Shown here piece after piece: positions 7,613-17,975 of a DNA stretch of 64,000 nucleotides. The first letter of the stretch is position 1. Each line of letters starts with the position of its first letter. The translations under genes and the position numbers were made by a program. Source of the stretch: an uncultured Verrucomicrobiaceae bacterium (GTDB lineage Bacteria; Verrucomicrobiota; Verrucomicrobiia; Verrucomicrobiales; Verrucomicrobiaceae). Under the pieces are notes generated by a model. That model was not told where the DNA came from. It made no database searches and saw only the letters and a list, made by a program, of their open reading frames with translations. The stretch spans positions 399-64,398 of the forward strand of contig CAZKMS010000008.1 in the NCBI GenBank assembly GCA_964553805.1, given 5' to 3'.

Positions 7613-10188
7613 GCCAGCCACCAGCGTCCGCCCGCCAGTTGAACACCACCGCCTCCAGCCCAGACATCCCGCGCCTCGACGCTCGCGTTCATACCCTGCC
7701 AAACGGCCTGGAGATCATCTTGCGCGAGGATCACGATCACCCGCTGGTTTCCGTGCAAATTTGGGTGCGCGCCGGATCCATTCATGAGGAAGGCTGGACC
7801 GGAGCCGGCCTGGCCCACTGCGTCGAGCACATGCTCTTCAAAGGCACCGCCAAACGCTCTGCTGAGGACATCACCCGCGCCATTCAGGAGCACGGCGGCC
7901 AGGTCAACGCTTACACCTCCTTCAACCGCACCGTCTATTGGATCGACGGCCTCGCCGCTCACGCCGCCGACTATCTTGAGGTGCTGGCTGACATGGTCCG
8001 CCATGCCAGGCTCGACCCCGAGGAGTTTGCGCGCGAGCAGGATGTCATCCGCCGTGAGATGGCCATGGATGACGATGATCCCGACTCCGCTCTCCACCAC
8101 CTCATGCAGGGCACCGCCTTCCGCCGTCATCCCTTGCGCCAGCCGGTCATTGGCCACCGCCAAGTCTTTGACCAAGTCGGCCACGCCGATGTCAAAGCCT
8201 TCATTGATCGCCACTACGTGCCAAACAACTGCTTCGTGGTGATCGCCGGTGCGATCGACTCAAAGAAGCTGCTCAAAGACGCCACCCGCTTGCTCGCTGA
8301 CTGGCCGCGCCGCCGCTACGAGCCGGTCCTGCTTCCTTCCGAACCACCACTCAAAGGCCGCCGTGAAGAGTTCCGCGCCTTCCCCACCGATCTCACCCGC
8401 GTCTCCCTCGGCTGGCAGGCTCCCGGCGAGGCCCATCCCGACAAGGCCGCACTCGATGTGATTGGTTTCCTGCTCGGCAGCGGCCGCAGCTCCCGGCTCA
8501 ACCAGGAACTCAAAGAAAAACGCCAGATCGCCCACGACGTTTGGGCGGGCGCTTGGAGCGTCCAGGAATGCGGCCTTTTCCAAGCCGAAGTCGAGTGCGA
8601 CCCATCCGACGCAGAAGCGGCGCGCGATGGTCTTTTCGACGTGGTGGAAACGCTGCAACGCGAAGGGCCTCAGGCGGATGAGCTGGACAAAGCGGTGCGC
8701 GCCACCCTCGCGGGCCAGCTCCGCAGCCTCATCACCACCAAAGGCCAGGCCGGAGCGCTCGGCCACTCCTGGCTGGTCTCCGGCACGCTTGAACTCTCCA
8801 GCCAGTATCTGCAAGCCGTGCGCTCGCTCACCGTCGAGCGCGTGCGCGACGCCGCCCGCCACTACCTGCCGGCGGACAATGTCTGCGTCGTCAGTGTCGG
8901 CCCCAAAGCCAAAGACAAGACCAATGCCAGGCGCAAACGCTCACGTTCACGCTCCACCAGCGCTGACTTGCAACGCCATGACCTCGACGGGCTCACCCTG
9001 CTCGTCCGGCCCAACACCCGCCTGCCCCTCGTCTCCATCCGCGCCCAATTTCTCGGCGGCGTCCTCGCTGAGAGCGATTGCGAGGCCGGCGTCTCCCTCG
9101 CCTCCAGCCGCCTGCTTTTGAAGGGCACCACCAGCCGCGATGCCACCCGCGTGCAGTCCGAGTTGGAAAACCTCGGCGGCAGCTTGCAATGCACCGCAGA
9201 CGCCCATCGCCGCCTGCTCGGCGCCGATGTCATGCGCGGCGATGAAGCCACCGCGCTCGACCTCATTTCCGATCTCATCCTGCGTCCCAGCCTGCCGGAG
9301 AGCGGCCTGACTCAGGTCAAAAAGAACCAGATTGCAAGCATTCGTGAAGAGCGTGAGGACCCGCTCACCGTCGCCCTGCGCCGCGCGCGCGCCGCCATCT
9401 TTGCCGGCAAACCTTTCGCGCGCACCGCGCTCGGCACCGAAGAAAGCGTCGCCGCGCTCGATCTCGCCGCCTGCCGCCGCTCGTTGAGCCGCACGCTGAA
9501 TCGAGGCAACGCCGTGGTCACCATCTTCGGCGATGTCGATCCCGCTGCGATGCGTGACCAGGTGGCCGCCGCTTTGCACGATCTCAAGCCCGGCAAGCCC
9601 GCTTACGATCCCAAGCGCTCGCTGCCTTCGCGCGCCAAGCCTGTCCGCATTCAGGAAAAGCTCGACAAGGAGCAAGCCGTGCTCGTCATCGGCTTCCGCA
9701 CCGCCGACCTGCATCACCACGACACGCCAATCCTGAACCTGATCGACGAAGCCTGCAGTGACATGGGCTCCCGCCTTTTCAACCGCATCCGCGAGGAGCT
9801 CGGTCTCGCTTATTACGTCGGCGCCCAGGCATTCAGCGCACTCTCCGGTGGCGCCTTTTATTTCTACGTCGGCACCTCGCCGCAGCAGCTTGACCAAGCC
9901 GAAGCGGAGATGCTTTCTCTCATCGGCGGCCTCGCCCAAAATGGCCTCAGCGCAGACGAACTCGGGCGCGCCCGCACCACGTGGCAGGCCTCCTGGCTGC
10001 GTTCGCAACAAGGCAACGGACCGCTCGCCGATGTGACCGGTTGGAACGAACTCAACGGCCTCGGCCATGACTACTTTGAGCGTCTGCCTGCCATCATGAG
10101 TGCCATCACCCAGGAGCAAGTCAAAGCCGTTGCCGGCACTTGGCTGCAGCCCTCTCAGGCCTTTACCGTGCGCGTCACTCGCGCCTGA
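7609..10188 (+). CDS. M16-family (pitrilysin/insulinase) zinc peptidase, two tandem M16 units in one polypeptide
   Basis: HxxEH motif in GLAHCVEHMLFKGT. A second inactive-type M16 half follows (...LLLKGTTSRDATRVQSELENLGGSL...). The ATG at 7609 is in frame in track ORF 7411..10188. Confidence 0.85.
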   Translation: MSQPPASARQLNTTASSPDIPRLDARVHTLPNGLEIILREDHDHPLVSVQIWVRAGSIHEEGWTGAGLAHCVEHMLFKGTAKRSAEDITRAIQEHGGQVNAYTSFNRTVYWIDGLAAHAADYLEVLADMVRHARLDPEEFAREQDVIRREMAMDDDDPDSALHHLMQGTAFRRHPLRQPVIGHRQVFDQVGHADVKAFIDRHYVPNNCFVVIAGAIDSKKLLKDATRLLADWPRRRYEPVLLPSEPPLKGRREEFRAFPTDLTRVSLGWQAPGEAHPDKAALDVIGFLLGSGRSSRLNQELKEKRQIAHDVWAGAWSVQECGLFQAEVECDPSDAEAARDGLFDVVETLQREGPQADELDKAVRATLAGQLRSLITTKGQAGALGHSWLVSGTLELSSQYLQAVRSLTVERVRDAARHYLPADNVCVVSVGPKAKDKTNARRKRSRSRSTSADLQRHDLDGLTLLVRPNTRLPLVSIRAQFLGGVLAESDCEAGVSLASSRLLLKGTTSRDATRVQSELENLGGSLQCTADAHRRLLGADVMRGDEATALDLISDLILRPSLPESGLTQVKKNQIASIREEREDPLTVALRRARAAIFAGKPFARTALGTEESVAALDLAACRRSLSRTLNRGNAVVTIFGDVDPAAMRDQVAAALHDLKPGKPAYDPKRSLPSRAKPVRIQEKLDKEQAVLVIGFRTADLHHHDTPILNLIDEACSDMGSRLFNRIREELGLAYYVGAQAFSALSGGAFYFYVGTSPQQLDQAEAEMLSLIGGLAQNGLSADELGRARTTWQASWLRSQQGNGPLADVTGWNELNGLGHDYFERLPAIMSAITQEQVKAVAGTWLQPSQAFTVRVTRA

Positions 10189-10819
10189 GCGCCCCGGCCA
10201 GTTCGGGATAGCGCCGCAAAATCGCCTGCATCCCGGCAGCGACCTCCGCCTGCCAAGCACGGAGGCCCGCCAGATCCGCATTCTCCAAACGGGACTCAAC
10301 AGCCGCGCTGAAGTCCTCATGCCAATGACAGTGAAACTCGGCCAGTTTCTTTTTCCAATGGCCCTCCGCTGCCTCGCAACGCTGCTCGCCCTCCCAAAAC
10401 AACGCCGCAGGCTGGTAGGAGCCGCCCTGCGCGTGCCCGGTCGTTCTTGCCAGAATGGCGGCGAGCCCCCGGTGCCCCTGCCCTTCCAGCGCCCGCAGTT
10501 TGGCCGGCACTCGGGTCATCTCATCCGCCAGCAGCCAGTCGATCCGGATCACGAGCGCCTCACCCAGCGTCTCCAGAAACAGCAACCGCAGCTTGGCACG
10601 CAAGCGTTCGACGCGTGGATTGACCTTTGTCTCGATGACCTCGCGTTGCACCGCGCTGATGCAGTCCAGATGAGGAGCAATCTGCTCATCCCATTCCGCG
10701 AGCACCAGCCGCACCTTCTCTGGAGAGACCCCGTCACCCCCTGGCAGCGTGAACCAGCTCATCATCTCGGCAAAACGGGCAAAGGCCTCCCCAAGCTCCC
10801 GGCGTGAACTGCTGCTCAT
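10175..10819 (-). CDS. hypothetical protein
   Basis: ORF 10175..10876(-), likely starting at MSSSSRRELGEAF. I recognised no family. Its 3' end overlaps the convergent M16 gene by 14 nt. Confidence 0.4.
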   Translation of the reverse strand: MSSSSRRELGEAFARFAEMMSWFTLPGGDGVSPEKVRLVLAEWDEQIAPHLDCISAVQREVIETKVNPRVERLRAKLRLLFLETLGEALVIRIDWLLADEMTRVPAKLRALEGQGHRGLAAILARTTGHAQGGSYQPAALFWEGEQRCEAAEGHWKKKLAEFHCHWHEDFSAAVESRLENADLAGLRAWQAEVAAGMQAILRRYPELAGALRRE

Positions 10820-11004
10820 GCTCGCCACCGTACAACCAGACGCAGGATCCTGCAAGCAGCACGCTTCCCGCATCACCTTCTCAACCGGCGAACCCCTCGC
10901 GCCGCGCGCGCGAGCTGTGGAACATCGACATCACCGTCCGCCCAGACAAGCCGCTCCGTTTTCGCCGGAACAAGGCGCCTTCAGCGTTGGTTGCCTTGGC
11001 GAAG

Positions 11005-13110
11005 CTATTGTCGTGATGGATTCCCAATGATCTCGCCGGCGAACCGGGTGACTTTCTCCTCCTCAGGAGTGTCCAGCGCTTTGTAAATCTCCCAGGCTGG
11101 TTTTTTGTCGCCATAGGCGCGGCCGTTCTCCGGCAATTTCCGCAGTCCCAACAGCAGCCCGCCTTCATTCGGATGATCAATCCAGCGATGATTGTGAAAG
11201 GCTTCGATGGTTTTGAGGCCGCGCAACTGGCGCCACATGTAAACAAACGCCGCCGCCTGGGACTGCAAGTTTTCCTCCGAATAGTCGGGCGTGTTGAACC
11301 CTTGTTCCGACAGAAGAACACCGCGCGTTCGCCCGGTTGAATCCAGCATGACAGGTTCTTGCATCCAGCGATCCAGAACGCCAATGTTCTTTGGGGTGAT
11401 GAGTGGCGTGGTGAACTCGTTGGTCACCTGCGTGTCATTCCAGGCATCGGGCCGCCGCAAATTCTGCGGATAAGGATGATAGGCCACGCCCCAGGCAAAA
11501 TCGCCTTCGACACGACTCGACTCGGCGAGACGGTTGAGCAGATCAAGGTTCGAATAGGCCTTCCAGGACGGATCAGCCGGGGTGTTCCAATGGTGCGTGA
11601 GGGAGATGAACACACGCGAATGCGGATCGTGCCGCCGCGTGATGTTGTGCACCAGCCGCATCGACCGCAGGTAATGCTCCATGAACAGCATCGGCGGCTG
11701 CTTTCCCATGTTCGTCCATTCCCACCCGTAGCCGATCTCGTTGTGAATGATCCAGTTGGCGATTCTTCCATGCGGCGAGCCTGGAGCGGCATAGCGGCGC
11801 GCAATGAACTCCATCACCGCCTCATAGGCTGCCACGCCTTCGGCGTTGGTGAGGTTCGGCATCGCGTAATGCCCTGCCCGGTCCGCCTCGGGATGCACCA
11901 GCATTCTTCCAAAGACGCTGTCGGCAAAGCTCACCAGGACAATCCCGCTGGCGATGATTTCGTGGTCCGAGCAGAATTTGGCGAGCTTGTCATAACCATC
12001 CAACGACACCGGATTGACGAACCAGGTGCGGCCGCCGTACGCGAACGGGATCCAGCCAGGATGCGACACCGCATCCATCAACACGGTAATCGAAAGGTTG
12101 ATTGTGATGTGGCGCACGCCGAGTTCGAGCAGTTCCTCCAGCGGCAGCCCGTTGCCCACACCGCCCATGCCTTTCACGCCTGCAGCACTCAAACGCGGCA
12201 GGTCATTGGCGCCGGCGGCTGACAAATCGGTGGCGTATTTCCAGTGCGAGCGAAGTCTCCATTTCCCCGCGACTGCCGGCTCAGCCACGGCCCAGCGTGC
12301 CGTGGTGCGGTCGGAAGACCCGTTCGTTCGTTTCAAACGCACCTCAAAAACGCCGCCCGCTGGCAGCAGCGCCACCTCCCGGACGCCCTCCTGAGGATCA
12401 AGTGCAAACTCGCCCGGTTCGGCCGTTGCCTGGGTGGCGATGGATGCTTCTGGCAGCAGCTCGATCAGCCGCGCGTTCCTCGCCGCCGATTCCAACCGGC
12501 CTTGAATCAACACTTCCTCATGGTCAACCGACACACCATCAATGTGGTTGGGAAATTTTGCCGTGTAAAAGGCATTCACCCGCGCCTCACGTGCGAGTTT
12601 TTCGCGCCGCATCGTCTCAATCTCGGCGCGCGATCTCAATTCCTCGCTGTTGGGTTCGCGCAACCGCAGATCCCGAATTCGCAGTGTCGCTCCCTGGCGA
12701 TGCCCGAAGTCCAGCCGCAGCAAATTGCTCGCTGGCGACCACTTTCCGCCGGACAAAGATCGCAGATCAATGGCCGCTGGCAGCCAGGACTCCGCACGAC
12801 CAAGCGCACCCGCCGCAAATTGCCTTTCGCTCGTGATCGGCGGCCCGTAATAAACCTCCAGGCCCTCAACTCCCTCCGGACAAAAATACTCGAATGCCAG
12901 CACGGTCTGCCCGCCCCCCGCCTCGGCAGGCTCGAAACGCCGCAGCAGAATCCAGGGATCCTCTCCCTGCGTGCTCACTTCCAGTGAACCATCACCGGCC
13001 GGCGTGACGAGCACGTGATGCGTGTTTTGAAGATCAAACGCGAGCGGAACCTCCGCGGCCGGCAACGCCGTCAACGCGAATGCTGGCAGACACCTCAAAA
13101 TGGCTCTCAT
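11005..13110 (-). CDS. secreted glycoside-hydrolase-like TIM-barrel protein (best recollection: DUF5722-like)
   Basis: Signal peptide MRAILRCLPAFALTALPAAEV. Segments IIHNEIGYGWEWTNMG and VLLSEQGFNTPDYS...AFHNHRWIDHPNEGGLLLGLRK resemble GH-type TIM-barrel catalytic strands. The family assignment is uncertain. Confidence 0.45.
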   Translation of the reverse strand: MRAILRCLPAFALTALPAAEVPLAFDLQNTHHVLVTPAGDGSLEVSTQGEDPWILLRRFEPAEAGGGQTVLAFEYFCPEGVEGLEVYYGPPITSERQFAAGALGRAESWLPAAIDLRSLSGGKWSPASNLLRLDFGHRQGATLRIRDLRLREPNSEELRSRAEIETMRREKLAREARVNAFYTAKFPNHIDGVSVDHEEVLIQGRLESAARNARLIELLPEASIATQATAEPGEFALDPQEGVREVALLPAGGVFEVRLKRTNGSSDRTTARWAVAEPAVAGKWRLRSHWKYATDLSAAGANDLPRLSAAGVKGMGGVGNGLPLEELLELGVRHITINLSITVLMDAVSHPGWIPFAYGGRTWFVNPVSLDGYDKLAKFCSDHEIIASGIVLVSFADSVFGRMLVHPEADRAGHYAMPNLTNAEGVAAYEAVMEFIARRYAAPGSPHGRIANWIIHNEIGYGWEWTNMGKQPPMLFMEHYLRSMRLVHNITRRHDPHSRVFISLTHHWNTPADPSWKAYSNLDLLNRLAESSRVEGDFAWGVAYHPYPQNLRRPDAWNDTQVTNEFTTPLITPKNIGVLDRWMQEPVMLDSTGRTRGVLLSEQGFNTPDYSEENLQSQAAAFVYMWRQLRGLKTIEAFHNHRWIDHPNEGGLLLGLRKLPENGRAYGDKKPAWEIYKALDTPEEEKVTRFAGEIIGNPSRQ

Positions 13111-13431
13111 GGCTGTTACCCCGCCACACCATGAGCGGGGCAATAACAACGCTTCCTTTCTCGCACGCTTTCGGTTGGTTGATCGAACAGATCGACCTCG
13201 CTGTCGAATTTGTTGATCTGTGTGAGGCCGGCTTCCTTCATGACGCGCTTGATGATGTCAAGCGGGCCGCTTTGCTGGCGCATGGCGGATGATCGTTAAA
13301 ACATGCTCGCGTTCGGCTCCGCTAACCGGAAGGCGCGGTTCGCGCACCCATTCTTTGCCGAGGCCAGGGCGCCTGGCAGAGCAGCTTTTCGCGTTTTGTG
13401 TTGACCGCAGGATTCAGCCCAACGCGCAAAC

Positions 13432-13507
13432 TGGTGGAGCATAGCGGATTCGAACCGCTGACCTTCTCATTGCGAACGAGACGCTCTACCAACTGAGCTA
13501 ATGCCCC
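13432..13507 (-). tRNA. tRNA-Ala (anticodon CGC), CCA encoded
   Basis: The reverse complement GGGGCATTAGCTCAGTTGGTAGAGCGTCTCGTTCGCAATGAGAAGGTCAGCGGTTCGAATCCGCTATGCTCCACCA folds as a cloverleaf. It has the G3:U70 alanine identity pair and anticodon loop TTCGCAA. Confidence 0.93.
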
Positions 13508-13624
13508 CCGATCCAGTGCGCTAGTTTTATCCAGTGCCCGCACGCTGTCGAGCGGGATTTTTCGCCTTGTTCCATTGCTGGTTTCACCAGGGCAAGATTC
13601 GCGCCCGCAGACCGTAAGTGGTGC

Positions 13625-15154
13625 ATGCTGGAGCGGCGGGAGTTCATCAAAAAGTCGGCGGGAGCGGTGTTGACTGCTGGCTCCTCGGTTGAGCGGGCGC
13701 GAGCCGAACAGCGGCAGCCTGAATGGATCAAGCGGGAGAACACCCGGCCAGGCGCGGACTTTCAACTGACCCGCGTCCGGCCAGACAACAACGCATCCTT
13801 CCGCAGTTCGGTGATCGAAGGTTATTGCTCGCGGCAATCGGTGACGGTGGGGGAGTCGCTCGACATCTTTGTCAGCACCAAACCGGCGGCCCGCTTCACG
13901 CTGGACCTCTTTCGCATGGGCTATTACGGCGGCGCCGGCGCGCGCCTGATGACGCAACTCGGCCCGCTGCAAGGCAGGCCGCAGCCGGAACCGGAGATGG
14001 GTGACGAGCGACTGATGGAGTGCGCATGGGAGCCGAGCGTTTCCCTTCTCATCCCGGAGGACTGGCCAAGCGGGGTTTACCTCGGCAGGCTGACCACCAC
14101 TCCAGACTCCCGCAGCCAGCCCTGCTGGCAGAGCTATGTCATCTTCATTGTGCGCGACGACCGGCCCGCGGATGTGCTGTTTCAATGCAGTGACAACACC
14201 TGGCAGGCTTACAACCGCTGGCCCGTCAATGCGAGTCTTTACACCGACCCGCGCGCCGCCCATGCGCCTGGCGTCAGTGTGAGCTTTGACCGCCCCTACG
14301 GCTCGATGGCTCAACCCGCCATCGTTAACAACGCGCTCAGCATGGGCAGCGGCGAGTTCCTGCTTTGGGAGTATCCCCTGCTCTACTGGCTGGAGCAGGA
14401 GGGCTGCGACGTGAGCTACTGCTCCAACTCTGACAACCTGCGCCTGGAAAACCTCTCACGCTGCCGTGCCCTCCTCAGCGTTGGTCACGACGAATACTGG
14501 GACCTGCGACAGTATGAAAACGTCAGGCGTGCCATTGATGAGGGCATGAGCGTGCTCTGGCTTTCCGCCAACGATGTCTACATGGTCACTCCGTTCACCG
14601 CCAACTCACGCGGCGTCCCGAACCGGCGGCTGACCCGGGAGACTTGCTACGGTGAGTTTCGCGAGGAGGAAAAAGAAGCCTACGCCAAGGTGCTGGGACC
14701 CTTTGAAAATCCCGGCCCGGATGAGCGGACCATCATCGGCGCGCGCACCGTGGTGCCCTTCAATGGCGGCGGCGACTGGACCTGCGCGCTGCCGGAGCAC
14801 TGGCTGTTTGAGGGCACTGGGATGAAAAAGGGCGACAGCATTCCTGGATTGGTCGGCTGGGAATACCACGGCGATCCAGATGTCAACCGTCCTGGCCTTG
14901 AGGTAGTGGCTGAAGGTCCGGTTTGGGCGGGCGGCACGCGTCTTGGACATTATGCCGCGACGGTTTTTCCCGGTCCCAAAGGCAACTTTGTTTTCAATGC
15001 CAGCACCATTTTCTGGAGCCAGGGCTTGGCCAACCCCCCTGGGCACATGCTGCCCTTCAGCCATTTCTCACGCCCTCATGGGCCGGACAAACGTGTCCAG
15101 CGCATCACCACCAACGCGCTGGCTCGCGCGCTTGGCAGGAGCGCGGTGCGCTGA
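13625..15154 (+). CDS. N,N-dimethylformamidase beta-subunit-like family protein with a Tat-type signal
   Basis: N-terminus MLERREFIKKSAGAVLTAGSS has a twin-arginine motif. LFQCSDNTWQAYNRW is a characteristic motif of this family as I recall it. Confidence 0.6.
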   Translation: MLERREFIKKSAGAVLTAGSSVERARAEQRQPEWIKRENTRPGADFQLTRVRPDNNASFRSSVIEGYCSRQSVTVGESLDIFVSTKPAARFTLDLFRMGYYGGAGARLMTQLGPLQGRPQPEPEMGDERLMECAWEPSVSLLIPEDWPSGVYLGRLTTTPDSRSQPCWQSYVIFIVRDDRPADVLFQCSDNTWQAYNRWPVNASLYTDPRAAHAPGVSVSFDRPYGSMAQPAIVNNALSMGSGEFLLWEYPLLYWLEQEGCDVSYCSNSDNLRLENLSRCRALLSVGHDEYWDLRQYENVRRAIDEGMSVLWLSANDVYMVTPFTANSRGVPNRRLTRETCYGEFREEEKEAYAKVLGPFENPGPDERTIIGARTVVPFNGGGDWTCALPEHWLFEGTGMKKGDSIPGLVGWEYHGDPDVNRPGLEVVAEGPVWAGGTRLGHYAATVFPGPKGNFVFNASTIFWSQGLANPPGHMLPFSHFSRPHGPDKRVQRITTNALARALGRSAVR

Positions 15155-15171
15155 TCCGGCAGCATCCCCAA

Positions 15172-16476
15172 TCACTTGCCGTCCAGGAAATCGCACACCG
15201 CCGCCGCCATCGCCGCGACGCCGGTTTTGAGGCACTCCTCGTCCACCTCGAAGAGCGGAGTGTGAATCTCCCCGGTGATGTCCTTGTCGGGGTTGCTGAC
15301 GCCGAGCCGAAAATAGAACCCGGGCACCACCTGCGCGAAATACGAAAAGTCTTCACCGCCCATGCCCGGCACCATTTCAAGCACATTGGCGCCGCCCAGC
15401 AAGCGCTGGAAACCCGGCAATGTGGCCCGCGCCAGTTCAGCGTCATTGATCGTACTGGGATAACCCTTGCGGTAATCCATTTCAAACTCCGCGCCATGCG
15501 CGAGGCACACTCCCTTCAACACCTGGCGCATTTTCTCAATCACCTCGTCGCGGAAAGCCGCGTCATAAGTCCGCACGGTGCCGCCAAAGCTGACCTCGTC
15601 GGCGATGATGTTCTGCCGCTGTCCGCCTTGAATCACACCGACGCTGATCACCAGGGGCTGGCGCGTGTCGGTCATGCGGCTGCGGATCGTTTGCAAAGCC
15701 GTGATCGCCTCCGCCGCCGCCACGATCGCGTCCACGCCCCGGTGCGGCGCCGAGCCGTGAGCCATCACTCCTTTGACCGTCACCATGAAGCTGTCGCTGT
15801 TCGCGCTGTCCGGCCCGATGGCGTAGGCGAGCTGCCCCGCGCGCAGAAATTTCACGGCATCACCAGACACGCCTGCTGGCGTGATGGTGGGGCGGCAGTG
15901 CAGGGCAAAGATGGCCGCGGGGCGCGGGTTTTCCAAAGCTCCCTCAGCGATCATGAGCTTCGCGCCCCACTCGCCTTTGAAGCTGCTCGGCATCGACTCC
16001 TCCGCGGGTTGGAACAGGAACTTCACCGAGCCGCGCCAGTGCTCTTTCCTGGCTGCGAGCAGTTCCGCCACGCCCAAGCCGACGGTGGTGTGCACATCAT
16101 GACCGCAGGCATGCATGACACCTGGATTCTGCGAGCGATAGGGCGTGGCGCGCAGCTCTTTGATTGGCAGCGCATCCATGTCGGCGCGCACCGCCACACA
16201 GGGACCAGGCTTGTCACTGTCCAGCAACGCCACCACCCCATGCTTGGCAACCCCTGTCTTCACAGTGAGCCCGGCCGCGCGCAGCCTCTCCGCCACCAGC
16301 GCTGCCGTGCGCTCCTCCTCATTGGAGAGTTCAGGGTGCGCGTGGATGTCCCGTCTTGTCTCCACCAGCCGCGGAAACATCGCCTCGATCTCCCGGGCAA
16401 ACACCGCATCGCGCTCCGTTTCAGCAGCCAGCACGGAGCCAAGCAGGAAAAAATTCGTCAAGACAAGCATCTTCAT
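15172..16476 (-). CDS. M20-family amidohydrolase (M20D, hippurate hydrolase/aminoacylase-like), secreted
   Basis: Signal peptide MKMLVLTNFFLLGSVLAAE. Motifs RRDIHAHPELSNEE...MHACGHDVHT...FQPAEE are typical of M20D. Confidence 0.85.
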   Translation of the reverse strand: MKMLVLTNFFLLGSVLAAETERDAVFAREIEAMFPRLVETRRDIHAHPELSNEEERTAALVAERLRAAGLTVKTGVAKHGVVALLDSDKPGPCVAVRADMDALPIKELRATPYRSQNPGVMHACGHDVHTTVGLGVAELLAARKEHWRGSVKFLFQPAEESMPSSFKGEWGAKLMIAEGALENPRPAAIFALHCRPTITPAGVSGDAVKFLRAGQLAYAIGPDSANSDSFMVTVKGVMAHGSAPHRGVDAIVAAAEAITALQTIRSRMTDTRQPLVISVGVIQGGQRQNIIADEVSFGGTVRTYDAAFRDEVIEKMRQVLKGVCLAHGAEFEMDYRKGYPSTINDAELARATLPGFQRLLGGANVLEMVPGMGGEDFSYFAQVVPGFYFRLGVSNPDKDITGEIHTPLFEVDEECLKTGVAAMAAAVCDFLDGK

Positions 16477-16559
16477 CCAGCAGCTTGTATCAAATCCGGC
16501 GCGGTCTGGCAAGCAGAGCTAGCAAGACTTGCCTGCCCTCCGCGTTATCAGCCTCAACC

Positions 16560-17975
16560 ATGCGTCGTCTGCTCTCCCTCCTGTTTGCCCCGCTACTCGC
16601 CTCCGCCGCTGACAACCGCCCGAACGTCGTGATCGTGTACATGGATGACATGGGCTACGGCGATGTCAGTTGTTTCGGAGCTGAAGGCTACAGCACCCCG
16701 AACATCGACCGCCTCGCCGCCGGGGGCCGCAAGTTCACCAGCTTCCATGTCGCTCAGGCCGTTTGTTCCGCCTCGCGCACCGCCTTGATGACCGGCTGCT
16801 ACCCAAACCGCATCGGCATCCACGGCGCGCTCGGACCCAAGTCAAACCACGGCATCCACGCCGATGAAATGACCCTGGCCGAAGTCTTCAAGCAAAAAGG
16901 CTACGCCACCGCCTGCTTCGGCAAATGGCACCTCGGCCATCACCCGCAGTTCCTGCCGCCGAATCACGGCTTCGACGAATACTACGGCATCCCCTACTCC
17001 AACGACATGTGGCCGCATCACCCGCAGGCCAAGCCGGGCAGTTATCCCGATCTCCCCCTCATCGAAGGCACTCAAATTGTCCACACCCCCGTCACCCCGG
17101 ACGATCAAAAGCAGTTCACCAAAAACTTCACCGAGCGCGCCGTCCAGTTCATCGAGAAATCGAAGGACAAACCCTTCTTCCTCTACCTGCCGCATCCGAT
17201 GGTCCACGTGCCGCTGTTCTGCAGCCCGGAGTTTGAAGGCAAATCCGGCCAGGGGCTGTTCGCCGATGTCATGCTTGAGATCGACTGGTCCATCGGCCGC
17301 CTCATGGAGACACTCAAAAAACACGGCCTCGAAGAAAACACGCTCGTCATTTACAGCTCCGACAACGGCCCCTGGCTCTCCTATGGCGAGCACGCCGGCT
17401 CCGCCGCCGGCTTGCGGGAAGGCAAAGGCACCTCCTGGGAGGGCGGCAAGCGCGTCACCGGCATCATGCGCTGGCCCGGCAAAATCCCCGCCGGCACCAC
17501 CAGCAACGCCATGCTCATGACCATCGATCTGCTGCCCACCCTGGCAGCCCACATCGGCGCCGAACTGCCCGCCCATCCCATCGACGGCCGCGATGTCATG
17601 CCGCTCATCACGGGACCGGAAACCACGCCCAACCCGCATCCCTATTACGCCTTTTATTACGCCCAAAACGAGTTGCAGGCCATCGTCTCCGGCGACGGTC
17701 AATGGAAGCTCGTTTTCCCGCACAGCTATCGCACCCTCGCTGGCCGCCCCGGCGGCACGGACGGCAAACCCACAGCCTACGAAAACGCCAAAGTCGAACA
17801 ACTGGAGCTTTACAACCTTCATCAAGATCGCGCCGAATCCCGCAACGTCGCCGCTGACCACCCCGAAATCGTCAAGCAGTTGCAGGCCCACGCCGGCGAC
17901 ATTCGCGCCCAGATCGGCGACCGTCTCACCCAAGTTCAAGGCAGCGCCACCCGCGAGCCTGGGCGTATCCAATGA
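16560..17975 (+). CDS. arylsulfatase-family sulfatase, secreted
   Basis: MRRLLSLLFAPLLASAADNRPNVVIVYMDDMGYGDVSCFG...CSASRTALMTG has the C-x-A-x-R formylglycine motif; also GKWHLG. Confidence 0.9.
   Translation: MRRLLSLLFAPLLASAADNRPNVVIVYMDDMGYGDVSCFGAEGYSTPNIDRLAAGGRKFTSFHVAQAVCSASRTALMTGCYPNRIGIHGALGPKSNHGIHADEMTLAEVFKQKGYATACFGKWHLGHHPQFLPPNHGFDEYYGIPYSNDMWPHHPQAKPGSYPDLPLIEGTQIVHTPVTPDDQKQFTKNFTERAVQFIEKSKDKPFFLYLPHPMVHVPLFCSPEFEGKSGQGLFADVMLEIDWSIGRLMETLKKHGLEENTLVIYSSDNGPWLSYGEHAGSAAGLREGKGTSWEGGKRVTGIMRWPGKIPAGTTSNAMLMTIDLLPTLAAHIGAELPAHPIDGRDVMPLITGPETTPNPHPYYAFYYAQNELQAIVSGDGQWKLVFPHSYRTLAGRPGGTDGKPTAYENAKVEQLELYNLHQDRAESRNVAADHPEIVKQLQAHAGDIRAQIGDRLTQVQGSATREPGRIQ

Noticed and set aside
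13119-13283. A 54-codon minus-strand ORF (MRQQSGPLDIIKRVMKEAGLTQINKFDSEVDLFDQPTE...) ending 8 nt before the start of the GH-like gene.
   Set aside because: It is below the track threshold, has no convincing ribosome-binding site and no recognisable family. The opposite strand is also open (13080..13292). The first ~35 codons do have GC-rich third positions, so it may be real, but I cannot support it from sequence alone.
16700-16800. The sulfatase active-site motif CSASR instead of CxPxR, considered as a possible inactive enzyme.
   Set aside because: The accepted consensus for formylglycine modification is (C/S)-x-(P/A)-x-R, so the Ala variant is within the normal range. I mention it only as context in the sulfatase-rhodanese finding.
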